A stretch of 54,512 nucleotides of DNA from Candidatus Pacearchaeota archaeon (GCA_042218235.1 JBDGRI010000036.1:1-54512), one strand, 5' to 3'. Shown: positions 42,912 through 52,067, numbered from the stretch's first letter. The notes: generated by a model from the letters alone, not told the origin. Translations and numbers: made by a program.

Positions 42912-45671
42912 TTATCTCTTTCTTGGAAATTTCTTTTTAGGAGCTTTCTTAAGAGGAGGCCTTTTTCTTATAGGCCTTTTCTTTTTCTTTGGAAGTCTCT
43001 TTTTTGGTTTTTTAGTTTTTGAATCTCCTGTCGAAATAAGGCCGAAAGAAGGAAGAGTGACTTCTTTACCTTTGAATTTTTTAAGTAAGTAGTTTATTTG
43101 TTCGTTGCTCCAGTGTGAGTTTAGGGCTTGCTTTATTTCTGAATCAGATTTTCCTTGTTTTTTGGATTTTTGTATGTAAATCACCAAATTGTAAAGCTTG
43201 TTTTTATCTGGGAAAAGGTAGTCTTCATATCTTTTGTCGTACCACTTTTTCAAGAAGTAGTAGGCAACTCCAGCTAAAACCAGTATTCCAAAGGCAATTA
43301 TCCCGTAAAGCGTCCAGTTAAAATCTTCTCCTGCTTCCTCAGGCGTTCCTTCAGAAGTATCTACTACATTTAAAGAGCTTATATCCGGGGAGACAAAATA
43401 AGGCAAATCCTCAAAACTGGAATGCCCTTCAGAATAAAAGCTTACACTCTCTTCTCCAGAAGCTTCTTTGTAGTAATGTCCCGAGGTTTCGCTCCAACCG
43501 GAAGGTTGGTTCAATTTCCAGTCTCTTGATTTGCTTAAGAAAATATAGTATTTTTCGTTAGGTCCTTTGACATCTAAAGTATAAGCTGTAGCTAGTGGTT
43601 GTTCTCCCGAACCATAGTCGGCTGAAAAACTACCCCCTGAAACTGACACCTCGGCATTTTTGAGAGCCCATTTTTGGATTGCGTGCTTATACTCGTCTAA
43701 AAGAGTAGAATTTAATGAAACATTTCCTGAAGCAACCTTAGCGGAATCGACACTTACCTGGTTTTTTTCCTGAACCAGAGTAACTGAATTGGCTTTAGAC
43801 TTTTGACTTACAGATTCCGGAATGTTTAAAGACAAGATTCTCTGTAGAAGTTTTTGATCACTTACATTGTCAGAACCGAAGCTTACAGAGCCTTGAATTT
43901 CGGAAATTTCCGTCTCAAACCTTGAAATGTTTAATGTTTTTCTTATTGCGGTCGAAGAGTAAGGACCGAATTGGGAAATTTGGCTTTTTAAATTTTTTAG
44001 GGAATCTTTTTTCTTTGAGGTTTGGTTACTTAAAACTTTTGAAGCTGGTCCGACATTTATATCAAAGATTTTTGTTGTTGATCTTCCTTCCGTTCCCTTT
44101 GCTGTTAAAATAAGGGTCAAATTTCTCTTTTCGTTAAATGTTTTTTCTAATGAGTTATCTTTAGTTGTTTGCTCGCTTAAATTTCCTAATTTCCACCTAA
44201 ACTCCGAAACATTTTTTCCACCGTAGCTAACGGTAAAAGTTGTTGGAAGCCCTACAGCTGTTTGTGTAGGATTTACGGAATAGACTTTAGGTCCACTATC
44301 GATACTAAGATTTTTTTCAAAAACCTTCATATTTCCTAAATTAAGAGCGTAATTATATTCTCCTGTTTTTGTGGGCAGAGAGAAGTTTGCGTTATCAAGA
44401 TAAAATTTTTGGTAAGAAGAATTTATTGTTGGCATGCTTTTTGATAAGTTGTAAATATCAGTATTACTTAATGTTCCCAAATCCGAATCATATTCCATTT
44501 TTCCACCTATGTCCAGAGTTTGTTTTACTCCTGATTTGATTCCGATAGGAACAACACATCCATTTGTACAATTTAGATCCCCGTTTTTTTTCAGAAGAAA
44601 ATCTTCAATTTTTGTAGATACTTTTCCGCCAGCCGAAATTTGGTTTCCGGTATTCAAGGTGCCTATAGAGCCAAACTTGTATGGGTGAGCATAAATAGAA
44701 TACTTGGCTTTTTCATTTGATGGCGGTGTTCCTGGAAAACCGCAAGAATTTTGTCCTGTAGAGAGTTTCAAATTATAATTCCCACTTCCTTCCTCGGCTC
44801 TAGCACAAACATAGTACTTCGATCTTTCTGTTACAAGATAGGCAATATTACATCCAACTTCGTTCCAACTTTTTTTGATATCACTGTTGTTTAAAGTACA
44901 TTTTGCTCCCTGTTCATCAATTATGTTTCCGTTTTTAGTATAAATCTCCATTGTAATGTTAAGCTTTCCTGATTTATTCTTTACTTGCGCGCCTAATTCG
45001 AAACCTGGGGCCTCTGGCAGATAAATTCCCTGGCAATAAGCATCATTTGTACTCATTTCAACCTCTCTAAAGTCCTGATTTGATTTATTAAAACATCCGT
45101 AAGTCTTTCCTTTTCCTTGAGAAACACATTTACGGGAAGACCTCTTTGTATTTCCGGTCTCTACAGAATTGTCATCTAAAATGTCAATTTTGACTTGATT
45201 GGTGCAGGAAGGTCCGCTGTTGGGATTTTTGACCTTTAAAGAGAAGTTGTTTATTTCGTCTATATTTGAGTCTAGTTTGAATCCTATCTCTTTTTCTTCA
45301 CCCTTTGAGAAAGAAAGAGATTTTGTTTGTTCTGGGTCTGAAGCAGAATAAAATGGTTCGCAACTTTCAGGAGCACAAGAAAATTCGTGTCTAGAATCTG
45401 ATTGGACAAATTGCAGGAGATTTATTGAATTTCCTTCGGAATCAGTAAGTTTGGTTCCCGCATCATGATTTTCAAAGCTTGCATTAATCCATCCATCCAA
45501 ATTTGCTCCCGTAGCATAAGAAGTTTCTATTGAGTGATTTGGATCTCCGAAAGGACCGCTACTTTGGCCCCCATTCCCATCATTTGAATCGCCTATAAGC
45601 GGTTGCGAATGTACTAGAGATAAAATAGCTATTGCCAAAAATAAAAATGCTAGTAATTTCTTTTTCACCAT
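42912..45671 (-). CDS. large Cys-rich type I surface protein with PKD-like domain, TM anchor and polybasic cytoplasmic tail
   Basis: 919 aa. Signal peptide LLAFLFLAIAILSLVHS and at least 16 ectodomain Cys. A PKD-like segment is present (VYSVNPTQTAVGLPTTFTVSYGG...). The TM helix WTLYGIIAFGILVLAGVAYYFL is followed by the tail KKPKKRLPKKKKRPIRKRPPLKKAPKKKFPRKR. Confidence 0.8.
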   Translation of the reverse strand: MVKKKLLAFLFLAIAILSLVHSQPLIGDSNDGNGGQSSGPFGDPNHSIETSYATGANLDGWINASFENHDAGTKLTDSEGNSINLLQFVQSDSRHEFSCAPESCEPFYSASDPEQTKSLSFSKGEEKEIGFKLDSNIDEINNFSLKVKNPNSGPSCTNQVKIDILDDNSVETGNTKRSSRKCVSQGKGKTYGCFNKSNQDFREVEMSTNDAYCQGIYLPEAPGFELGAQVKNKSGKLNITMEIYTKNGNIIDEQGAKCTLNNSDIKKSWNEVGCNIAYLVTERSKYYVCARAEEGSGNYNLKLSTGQNSCGFPGTPPSNEKAKYSIYAHPYKFGSIGTLNTGNQISAGGKVSTKIEDFLLKKNGDLNCTNGCVVPIGIKSGVKQTLDIGGKMEYDSDLGTLSNTDIYNLSKSMPTINSSYQKFYLDNANFSLPTKTGEYNYALNLGNMKVFEKNLSIDSGPKVYSVNPTQTAVGLPTTFTVSYGGKNVSEFRWKLGNLSEQTTKDNSLEKTFNEKRNLTLILTAKGTEGRSTTKIFDINVGPASKVLSNQTSKKKDSLKNLKSQISQFGPYSSTAIRKTLNISRFETEISEIQGSVSFGSDNVSDQKLLQRILSLNIPESVSQKSKANSVTLVQEKNQVSVDSAKVASGNVSLNSTLLDEYKHAIQKWALKNAEVSVSGGSFSADYGSGEQPLATAYTLDVKGPNEKYYIFLSKSRDWKLNQPSGWSETSGHYYKEASGEESVSFYSEGHSSFEDLPYFVSPDISSLNVVDTSEGTPEEAGEDFNWTLYGIIAFGILVLAGVAYYFLKKWYDKRYEDYLFPDKNKLYNLVIYIQKSKKQGKSDSEIKQALNSHWSNEQINYLLKKFKGKEVTLPSFGLISTGDSKTKKPKKRLPKKKKRPIRKRPPLKKAPKKKFPRKR

Positions 45672-45724
45672 CTTTTTTCCTCCTATGACAAAAATAAAAA
45701 CAGGATTATAAAAAGTTTCTTAAT

Positions 45725-46153
45725 TTATTCTTCTATTTGGCATCTACTCTGAGTGCAAGAACATCCCGAAGGCTCTTTTTCAACAGCGTAGGAAGATGCG
45801 TATTTGAAAGTCAATACCCTTTCTTTCAAAGAGCTTTGATTCATTTTTTCATTATTTGCACAGATGTATCCGTCTCCCTTGAAATAGAATACATTATATC
45901 TTCCGCATTGATCTTGGGTTTGGCATTTCCCTATCTGCTTCGAATCACTCAAAAAGTAGGTGAAAAAGATGATTCCTAAAATTAATAGCAATATTAAAAC
46001 GATTACGTTAACAATGGAAACCTTTCTTTTTTTGTTTGAAACCCTTTTTTCTTCAGGAATTTGAGTTTCTTCTACTGTTTCCGTCCAAGAATTGTTATCT
46101 TTTGTCATCTTTCTAAAAAAGGTCAGTTCTTTAAATTGTTTTCTGTTAACCAA
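45725..46153 (-). CDS. small membrane-anchored Cys-rich protein (hypothetical)
   Basis: 142 aa, single TM (IVNVIVLILLLILGIIFFTYF), then an exposed domain with 7 Cys. Overlaps the rtcB stop by 8 nt. Confidence 0.55.
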   Translation of the reverse strand: MVNRKQFKELTFFRKMTKDNNSWTETVEETQIPEEKRVSNKKRKVSIVNVIVLILLLILGIIFFTYFLSDSKQIGKCQTQDQCGRYNVFYFKGDGYICANNEKMNQSSLKERVLTFKYASSYAVEKEPSGCSCTQSRCQIEE

Positions 46154-47561
46154 TTATAACTATAAGGGGCTTTAGCCTGGCGACTTTTTTACTTATATCT
46201 AAATCATGAACTACACTTACGACTTCTTCAATGTTTTTGTAAACTTGGGGAGATTCTTGAGAAATTGCTTTCATGCTTCGCGATTTTACTTCAATATTGT
46301 CATGCTGTAGAGTGTCTTTTGTGTCTTCGCCTTTGATGTTTTTCATTGCCTTGGAACGGCTCATGACTCTTCCAGCTCCGTGAACGCTACTTCCAAAAGT
46401 TAATTCATCTGATTTTTCGCTTCCCACCATTACATATGAAGGAGTTCCCATGGATCCCGGAATCAAAACCGGCTGTCCTGTGTGTCTATATACCTCTGGA
46501 ATTTCGTCTCTACCAGGGCCAAAGCTCCTAGTAGCACCTTTTCTATGTACACAAACAGTTCTTTCTTCTCCGTTCACCAAGTGTTTTTCAAATTTTGCTA
46601 TGTTGTGTGAAACATCATAAACGACACCTACTTTGATGCCAGAAAAGATTTTTTGCATTTCGCTTCTAATCCAGTGTGTAATTAGTTGTTTGTTGGCGAA
46701 CGCAAAGTTTACTGCGCAACACATTGCTCCGTAATACTCTTTTCCAAGTTGGCTCTTGATTGGAGCGCAAATTAATTCTCTATCAGGAAGGTTATCGAAA
46801 CCGTATTCTTGTTCCATTGCTTTCATATAGTCCGAGGCTATTTGGTGGCCTAGTCCCCTGGAACCACAATGAATTAAAATTACCACTTGGTCTTCAGAGA
46901 GCCCGAAAGTTTCTGCAGTTTTCTTATCAAAAGTTTCGTCTACAAACAAAACATCCACAAAGTGATTTCCGGAACCGATAGTGCCCAATTGGCCAATTCC
47001 TCTTTTTACTGCTCTTTCTGAAACTTTGCTTACGTCGGCTCCGCCAATACAACCTTCTTCTTCAGTTTTTAACAGGTCTTCATTTCTTCCATAACCTTTT
47101 TCTACAAGCCATTCGGCCCCTTTTTCTAAAACTTCGTTAAACTGTTTTTTCGAAAGGCTGAAAGGACTTCCTCTTCCAACTCCTGAAGGGATTTTTTCGT
47201 CGAGGTTGTTCATAATTTCATTTTGGTTTCCCAAAACATCCTTTTTGTTTAAATTTGTTTTTAGAAGCCTAACACTGCAGTTTATGTCGTAACCTACTCC
47301 GCCAGGAGAGATTACTCCTTCTTCTTTGTCGAATGCCGCGACTCCTCCAATTGGAAACCCATATCCTTGATGGGAATCAGGGAGAGTTATCGAGTGACTT
47401 ATTATTCCGGGCAAACAAGCCACATTTCTTGCCTGCGTTAAAGTCTTGTCTTCCTGAATTGCCGAAAAAATTTCTTCTGAGGCATAGACTCGTCCGGGAA
47501 CATTCATGCTTCCTTCCCGAGGAATTTCGTAGATGTTGTCGCAAATTTTTTTTGATTCCAT
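46146..47561 (-). CDS. rtcB: RNA-splicing ligase RtcB
   Basis: GGVGYDINCSVRLL, GSGNHF, HCGSRGLGHQ, HGAGR. 471 aa, no intein-sized insertion. Confidence 0.95.
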   Translation of the reverse strand: MESKKICDNIYEIPREGSMNVPGRVYASEEIFSAIQEDKTLTQARNVACLPGIISHSITLPDSHQGYGFPIGGVAAFDKEEGVISPGGVGYDINCSVRLLKTNLNKKDVLGNQNEIMNNLDEKIPSGVGRGSPFSLSKKQFNEVLEKGAEWLVEKGYGRNEDLLKTEEEGCIGGADVSKVSERAVKRGIGQLGTIGSGNHFVDVLFVDETFDKKTAETFGLSEDQVVILIHCGSRGLGHQIASDYMKAMEQEYGFDNLPDRELICAPIKSQLGKEYYGAMCCAVNFAFANKQLITHWIRSEMQKIFSGIKVGVVYDVSHNIAKFEKHLVNGEERTVCVHRKGATRSFGPGRDEIPEVYRHTGQPVLIPGSMGTPSYVMVGSEKSDELTFGSSVHGAGRVMSRSKAMKNIKGEDTKDTLQHDNIEVKSRSMKAISQESPQVYKNIEEVVSVVHDLDISKKVARLKPLIVIIG

Positions 47562-47634
47562 AAAAATACATACTTTCGAGATTTTTTAAAATTTATAGAA
47601 AAAGAGAAAATAAAAAATAAAAATAAATTAGAGG

Positions 47635-48165
47635 TTACCTTCTACGCTTCTTCTTAGTGGCAGAACTCTTTTTGCCTGTAGACTTCTTAGAAGTTGCTTT
47701 CTTGGCTGTCTTCTTTGAAGTCTTTCTTGTAACTGTCTTCTTTTTAGAAGCAGTTTTTCTTGTAGAAGCCTTTTTAGAAGAAGCTTTCTTAGCTGTCTTT
47801 CTAGTAGTCTTTCTTGTCGTTGCCTTCCTTGAAGAAGCTTTCTTAGCTGTCTTCTTTTTGGAAGGTGCAGACTTCTTAGAAGACGTTTGTGCTTTCTTCT
47901 TTTCGTGGCTCTTCCAAGCTTTTGCGGCACCTTTAGACTTCCTCTCCAATCGGCCCACGACAGACCTTTTTATGTCTGAAGACCTTACAGAACTTTTTTG
48001 TTTTTGTTGTTCCGCAACTGGCTTAGCCACTTCATCTTTAAGCTCTTTCCTTTTCTTATCGGAAAGCCTTGCGTCTTTGGCAGCCCTGTCTACAGACTTA
48101 TGGAGTTTCGAAGGACTAAAAGTTTCCTTCTTACCACCTTTTTTGATAACTTGTGCCATTTTCAC
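47635..48165 (-). CDS. ATP-cone domain protein with histone-H1-like Lys/Ser/Thr/Ala-rich tail
   Basis: N-terminal ~90 aa match ATP-cone (QVIKKGGKKETFSPSKLHKSVDRAAKDA...SSDIKRSVVGRLE). C-terminal ~85 aa are repeats of KKASS/TRKT. A strong GGAGGTGA RBS lies upstream. Confidence 0.7.
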   Translation of the reverse strand: MKMAQVIKKGGKKETFSPSKLHKSVDRAAKDARLSDKKRKELKDEVAKPVAEQQKQKSSVRSSDIKRSVVGRLERKSKGAAKAWKSHEKKKAQTSSKKSAPSKKKTAKKASSRKATTRKTTRKTAKKASSKKASTRKTASKKKTVTRKTSKKTAKKATSKKSTGKKSSATKKKRRR

Positions 48166-48306
48166 CTCCTTTTATTTAGTATTAACTACTATAAAATATA
48201 TGTTTTAATTTATTAATTTTTCTATCTCTCTTCGGATTAGATGCTTTTGTTTTTCGCATGTAAAAAGATTAATTCTGTTCTTCCCGAGGGAAAATGCATT
48301 CAATGG

Positions 48307-48759
48307 TCAATATTGCTTTGTGTACTTTCCAATTATTTCGACTTCATCGATTATATGGCCCTTCATTTCTTTTTCTAAATCATCGGCTTTAGAAGTTTCA
48401 TCAAGTCCAAGCAATTTATCTAAAGCATAAACTTTGAAAGAATATTCTTGTTCTCCATGGGAAGGGCAAGGGCCTTCGTAATAATTGTGGCCAGAATCAT
48501 TTTTTGCTTGTATGCCTATTGGAATTTCATCCTCATAAATTTCTAAACTATCTCCCGTCGGAACAATATCAAAAACTGCCCAATGAATAAAACCAAATTT
48601 TCGGTTTTTAATGATTAAAACAATACTTTCGGTGTTTTCGGGAAGAGAATAAACTTTGAGATACGGGTTTACATTTTCGCCCTCGCAAGTATGCCGTGAT
48701 AGAAGGTATTGATATGGGTAAAAAGAACTACTTGCTATTTCCATTTTATTGTTTTTCAT
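48307..48759 (-). CDS. PEBP/YbhB-family protein (paralog 2, diverged)
   Basis: HWAVFDI...EGPCPSHGEQEYSFKVYALD. The canonical CPP...HRY is changed to CPSHGEQEY. Confidence 0.85.
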   Translation of the reverse strand: MKNNKMEIASSSFYPYQYLLSRHTCEGENVNPYLKVYSLPENTESIVLIIKNRKFGFIHWAVFDIVPTGDSLEIYEDEIPIGIQAKNDSGHNYYEGPCPSHGEQEYSFKVYALDKLLGLDETSKADDLEKEMKGHIIDEVEIIGKYTKQY

Positions 48760-49216
48760 ACTTTCCTACCAGCTCTGCACTGTCAAGAATGTGACCTTTC
48801 ATTGCTTCTTTAACTTCATCCTTGGATGATCCTTCTTCCAAATCCAATTTGGTGTCCAATGCATAAACTTTGAAAATGTATCTATGCTTTGTAGGCTCGT
48901 ATTCTTTTGGAGGACATGGTCCAGCATAGCCTTTAGCTCCTGCAGAATTTTTTCCACGAATTCCTGGCTCTTCGCCTTCGGCAATTTCTGTTTTTTCGGA
49001 AAGAATGTTAAAGCTTACCCAATGGTCGAAAACGTTTATTCCCATGCTTTCTATTACTTCCTTGGGCAAATCAGGATCTTCGCAAATTAGAACGAAACTT
49101 TTCGTGTCTTCGGGAGCAGAGAGAATTTTTAATGGAGGGCTAATGTTTTCTTCATCGCAAGTATGCTTAGAAGGCATGTTTTCGTGATTTTCAAAAACCT
49201 CGCTTTTGATTTCCAT
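48746..49216 (-). CDS. PEBP/YbhB-family protein (paralog 1, canonical)
   Basis: DHWVSFNI...GYAGPCPP...HRYIFKVYALD. Overlaps paralog 2 by 14 nt. Confidence 0.88.
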   Translation of the reverse strand: MEIKSEVFENHENMPSKHTCDEENISPPLKILSAPEDTKSFVLICEDPDLPKEVIESMGINVFDHWVSFNILSEKTEIAEGEEPGIRGKNSAGAKGYAGPCPPKEYEPTKHRYIFKVYALDTKLDLEEGSSKDEVKEAMKGHILDSAELVGKYEKQ

Positions 49217-49253
49217 AAATTATTAGAAAAAATTTTCTATATAAAACTTTTGT

Positions 49254-50567
49254 TTACGGGTTTAATCTCGTCGGAGTTCTTGGAAAAGCAATCGCGTCCT
49301 TTATTGTATCTAAATCGCAAATCCATGCAACAAACCTTTCAACCCCCATTCCAAATCCGGCATGAGGCACACTTCCATACCTTCTAGAATCCAGATACCA
49401 ATCAGATTTTCCTAAATCGATCTCTTCTTTTTCAAGCCTTTGTCTTATTCTTTCCAAATCCATTTCTCTTCGAGACCCGTCGACAACCTCCCCAATTTTA
49501 GGTGCCAATAGATTGAAATTGGTACTTGTTCCAGGTTTTTCTGAATCTTCACCGTGATAGAACTTTAGAATCTCTAAGGGATAATTTGTTACAAAAACAA
49601 AATTCTTGTCGTAATGCTCTGCTAATCCTCTTTCTTCGTGAGAACCAAAGTCTTGGCCATATTCAATACTGTGTCCCTGTTCTTGTAAAACCTTTATTGC
49701 TTCATCGTATGTAACTACTTTGAATTTGTTTTTTACTCTTTCTAGTTTTTCTGTATCTGCTCCAAGGTTTTCAAGGTCTTTTTTGTTTTCCTTCAAAACT
49801 TTTTCGCAAACGTGTTTTATGCATCCTTCTGCCCATTCTATTATATCGTTTAAATTTGCCCAAGCAGCCTCGACTTCAAAATGCCAGAACTCTGTAACGT
49901 GCCAAGGAGTTTTTGATTTTTCTGCTCTAAATGAGGGTGCCATTGCATAGGCCCTTTCTATAGCATTGATAATGTTTTCAGCATAAAACTGCCATGATTG
50001 TGTTAAGGCTGCTTTCTTGTCAAAATATTTTACTTCAAAAGTTTCAGATCCTCCCTCGCTGGTTGAGCCTGTTAGTGAAGGAGCCTCGACTTCCACAAAA
50101 TCCTGGCTTCTTATGTATTCATGTAAGGCAAACAGGACAGTAGAACGAACCTTTAAAGCGGAAGTCATTTTCCTTGAACGCAACCACAAGTGCCTTCTAT
50201 CTCCTAGTTGCTGTTCATTCAAATCTTCGTTTATAGGGAAATCTTCGGAAAATCCTACAATGTTTATGTCACTAACTTGGATTTCATAATCCGTGGGGGC
50301 CCGAGAATCCTGTTTTATTGTTCCGTGTATTTCCACCGAACTTTCCATTCGAATTTTGTCTATTTCTTCCCATTTGGATTCCAAGTTTTCTCTTTTCAAA
50401 ACACACTGGATAGTGTTCGAAGAATCTCTCAAGACAATGAACTTGTTCTTGTTGCTTCCTCTTTCACGATAAACCCATCCACGAACAGAAACCTCCAAAC
50501 CTTCCTCGGAGGATTTTTCGGCTTTGTCCATAGCTTCCTGAATCCAAACGAAATTGTCTTTTGCCAT
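49254..50567 (-). CDS. asnS: asparaginyl-tRNA synthetase (class IIb)
   Basis: OB anticodon-binding N-terminus, class II motifs, GFGMGVERFV, C-terminal FPRTPTRLNP (AsnRS-type ending). Confidence 0.88.
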   Translation of the reverse strand: MAKDNFVWIQEAMDKAEKSSEEGLEVSVRGWVYRERGSNKNKFIVLRDSSNTIQCVLKRENLESKWEEIDKIRMESSVEIHGTIKQDSRAPTDYEIQVSDINIVGFSEDFPINEDLNEQQLGDRRHLWLRSRKMTSALKVRSTVLFALHEYIRSQDFVEVEAPSLTGSTSEGGSETFEVKYFDKKAALTQSWQFYAENIINAIERAYAMAPSFRAEKSKTPWHVTEFWHFEVEAAWANLNDIIEWAEGCIKHVCEKVLKENKKDLENLGADTEKLERVKNKFKVVTYDEAIKVLQEQGHSIEYGQDFGSHEERGLAEHYDKNFVFVTNYPLEILKFYHGEDSEKPGTSTNFNLLAPKIGEVVDGSRREMDLERIRQRLEKEEIDLGKSDWYLDSRRYGSVPHAGFGMGVERFVAWICDLDTIKDAIAFPRTPTRLNP

Positions 50568-50652
50568 ACTTGTTAAGAAATTAAGGAGTTTAATAAATTA
50601 ATTGGTCTTTGGATTAAGAAAATTTTATAAAAAATTATAGGCGCACTAATTT

Positions 50653-51282
50653 ATGAATCTATCGGTCCCATTTTACGAAAACAGGGGAGACGGAAGTCAA
50701 TGTATGCAGGTTGCCATGAAATCCGTCTTAAAACACTTTCTGGACAGAGATTTTTCTTTGGAGGAATTAGATAAACTCACAGGCAGAAAAAGCGAATTAT
50801 GGACCTGGATATTCCAGGTGGTTACCGCTCTTTATGATTTAGGGTTGAAAGTCAAGTATTACGCCAAGTCAGACTTAGAGCCATTTCTGGAGGGAGAACC
50901 GTTTATACGAAGAAATTTTGGTAAAGATTCGGAAAAAATCATTAAGTTCGGAGACATCCCTGCTCTAATAGAATCGGTTAAAAAGCTATTGAATTATGAT
51001 ATTTTTGAAAAAAGAAAATTGTCTTTCGATGAGATAGAATATCATATTGAACAAGGACACGTTCCATTGTTGTTAATTGACCACAATAAAATTGTGGGAA
51101 AGGAAAGCCAGTACCAAGGCCATCTAGTTGTTGTTACCGGTTTTGATAATCAAAATGTTTTCTACCACGAATCAGGACCGAAAAACCCCAAAGCAAACAA
51201 AAAAGTGCCGAAATCTACTTTTATAGACGCTTGGAATGCAAATGGCACGGGCAATAGTGCGGTAATTGTTTATGGAAAATGA
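50653..51282 (+). CDS. C39-like papain-fold cysteine peptidase domain protein
   Basis: Candidate catalytic Cys in GDGSQCMQVAMKSVL and His in YQGHLVVVTGFD. No attached ABC-transporter domain. Confidence 0.6.
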   Translation: MNLSVPFYENRGDGSQCMQVAMKSVLKHFLDRDFSLEELDKLTGRKSELWTWIFQVVTALYDLGLKVKYYAKSDLEPFLEGEPFIRRNFGKDSEKIIKFGDIPALIESVKKLLNYDIFEKRKLSFDEIEYHIEQGHVPLLLIDHNKIVGKESQYQGHLVVVTGFDNQNVFYHESGPKNPKANKKVPKSTFIDAWNANGTGNSAVIVYGK

Positions 51283-51296
51283 TTTTTTAAACTAAA

Positions 51297-52067
51297 TTAA
51301 TTGGTCTTTGATATGAATGCTGTTCCATTAAGATCCATTGAACACAATCTCTCCCCAACATCTTCTAAATACAAACCATTTCTTTCTCTAGAATCAGGTT
51401 CGCGCATAGTTGACCCAAAAAGTTCTGCAGAATGATGTAATGCAAAAACTCCGTCTGGATTAAGTTTTTTGTAGATTAACTTGGAACACTCCTCCAAATA
51501 ATCTCTTGATTTGATACAATCATCTAGGCCTGTTGAAATAAAACTGGCAGAATTATATGGAAGGCCTTCTAAAGCGGACTTGGCATCGTTCTCTAAAACT
51601 TTTGCAGGAGGGAGTCTTCCTTTGCCAGAATTTTCATTTAGAAAACTCTCTAACGTATCTCTACAAGACTCGTAATGAAATGGCTCTACAGCGATATATC
51701 CTCTAATTCCAAAATTGCTTAGAACATGGTAATTGTTTATAGGATCCATTCCTGCGCCTAAATCGAGAACTATTTGATTGTTGAACTTCTTCATATATTT
51801 ATAAAACTGAAAACCTCCATCGATTTTATCGATTGTACTCTCTATTTGACACCCTATATGTCTGCTTTTATCGCCATTTTTATCTAACACATTAAATCTT
51901 TCTGAAATCTCGTCTCTATATCCATGCAATCTATGGACTCTCTCGCCGTACTCCCAATCGGATAGATTACAAACTTTTTGAAAGATTTCATTTTTTATTT
52001 TTCCAAGTTCGATTACCTTCCAGCGTTCATGAACAGGATCGTATCTCTCCATGATATTTTTAGACAT
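51297..52067 (-). CDS. class I SAM-dependent methyltransferase (predicted)
   Basis: Motif I VLDLGAGMD, acidic residue after beta-2 (GYIAVEP), motif IV-like region. Substrate unknown. Confidence 0.65.
   Translation of the reverse strand: MSKNIMERYDPVHERWKVIELGKIKNEIFQKVCNLSDWEYGERVHRLHGYRDEISERFNVLDKNGDKSRHIGCQIESTIDKIDGGFQFYKYMKKFNNQIVLDLGAGMDPINNYHVLSNFGIRGYIAVEPFHYESCRDTLESFLNENSGKGRLPPAKVLENDAKSALEGLPYNSASFISTGLDDCIKSRDYLEECSKLIYKKLNPDGVFALHHSAELFGSTMREPDSRERNGLYLEDVGERLCSMDLNGTAFISKTN

Noticed and set aside
47657-48208. 183-aa + strand ORF (FLEEAFLAVF... repeats) antisense to the ATP-cone/polylysine gene
   Set aside because: It is the reverse-complement shadow of AAG/AAA-rich lysine codons, which are stop-free on the opposite strand. 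It has no RBS, while the minus-strand gene has GGAGGTGA and a recognisable domain.
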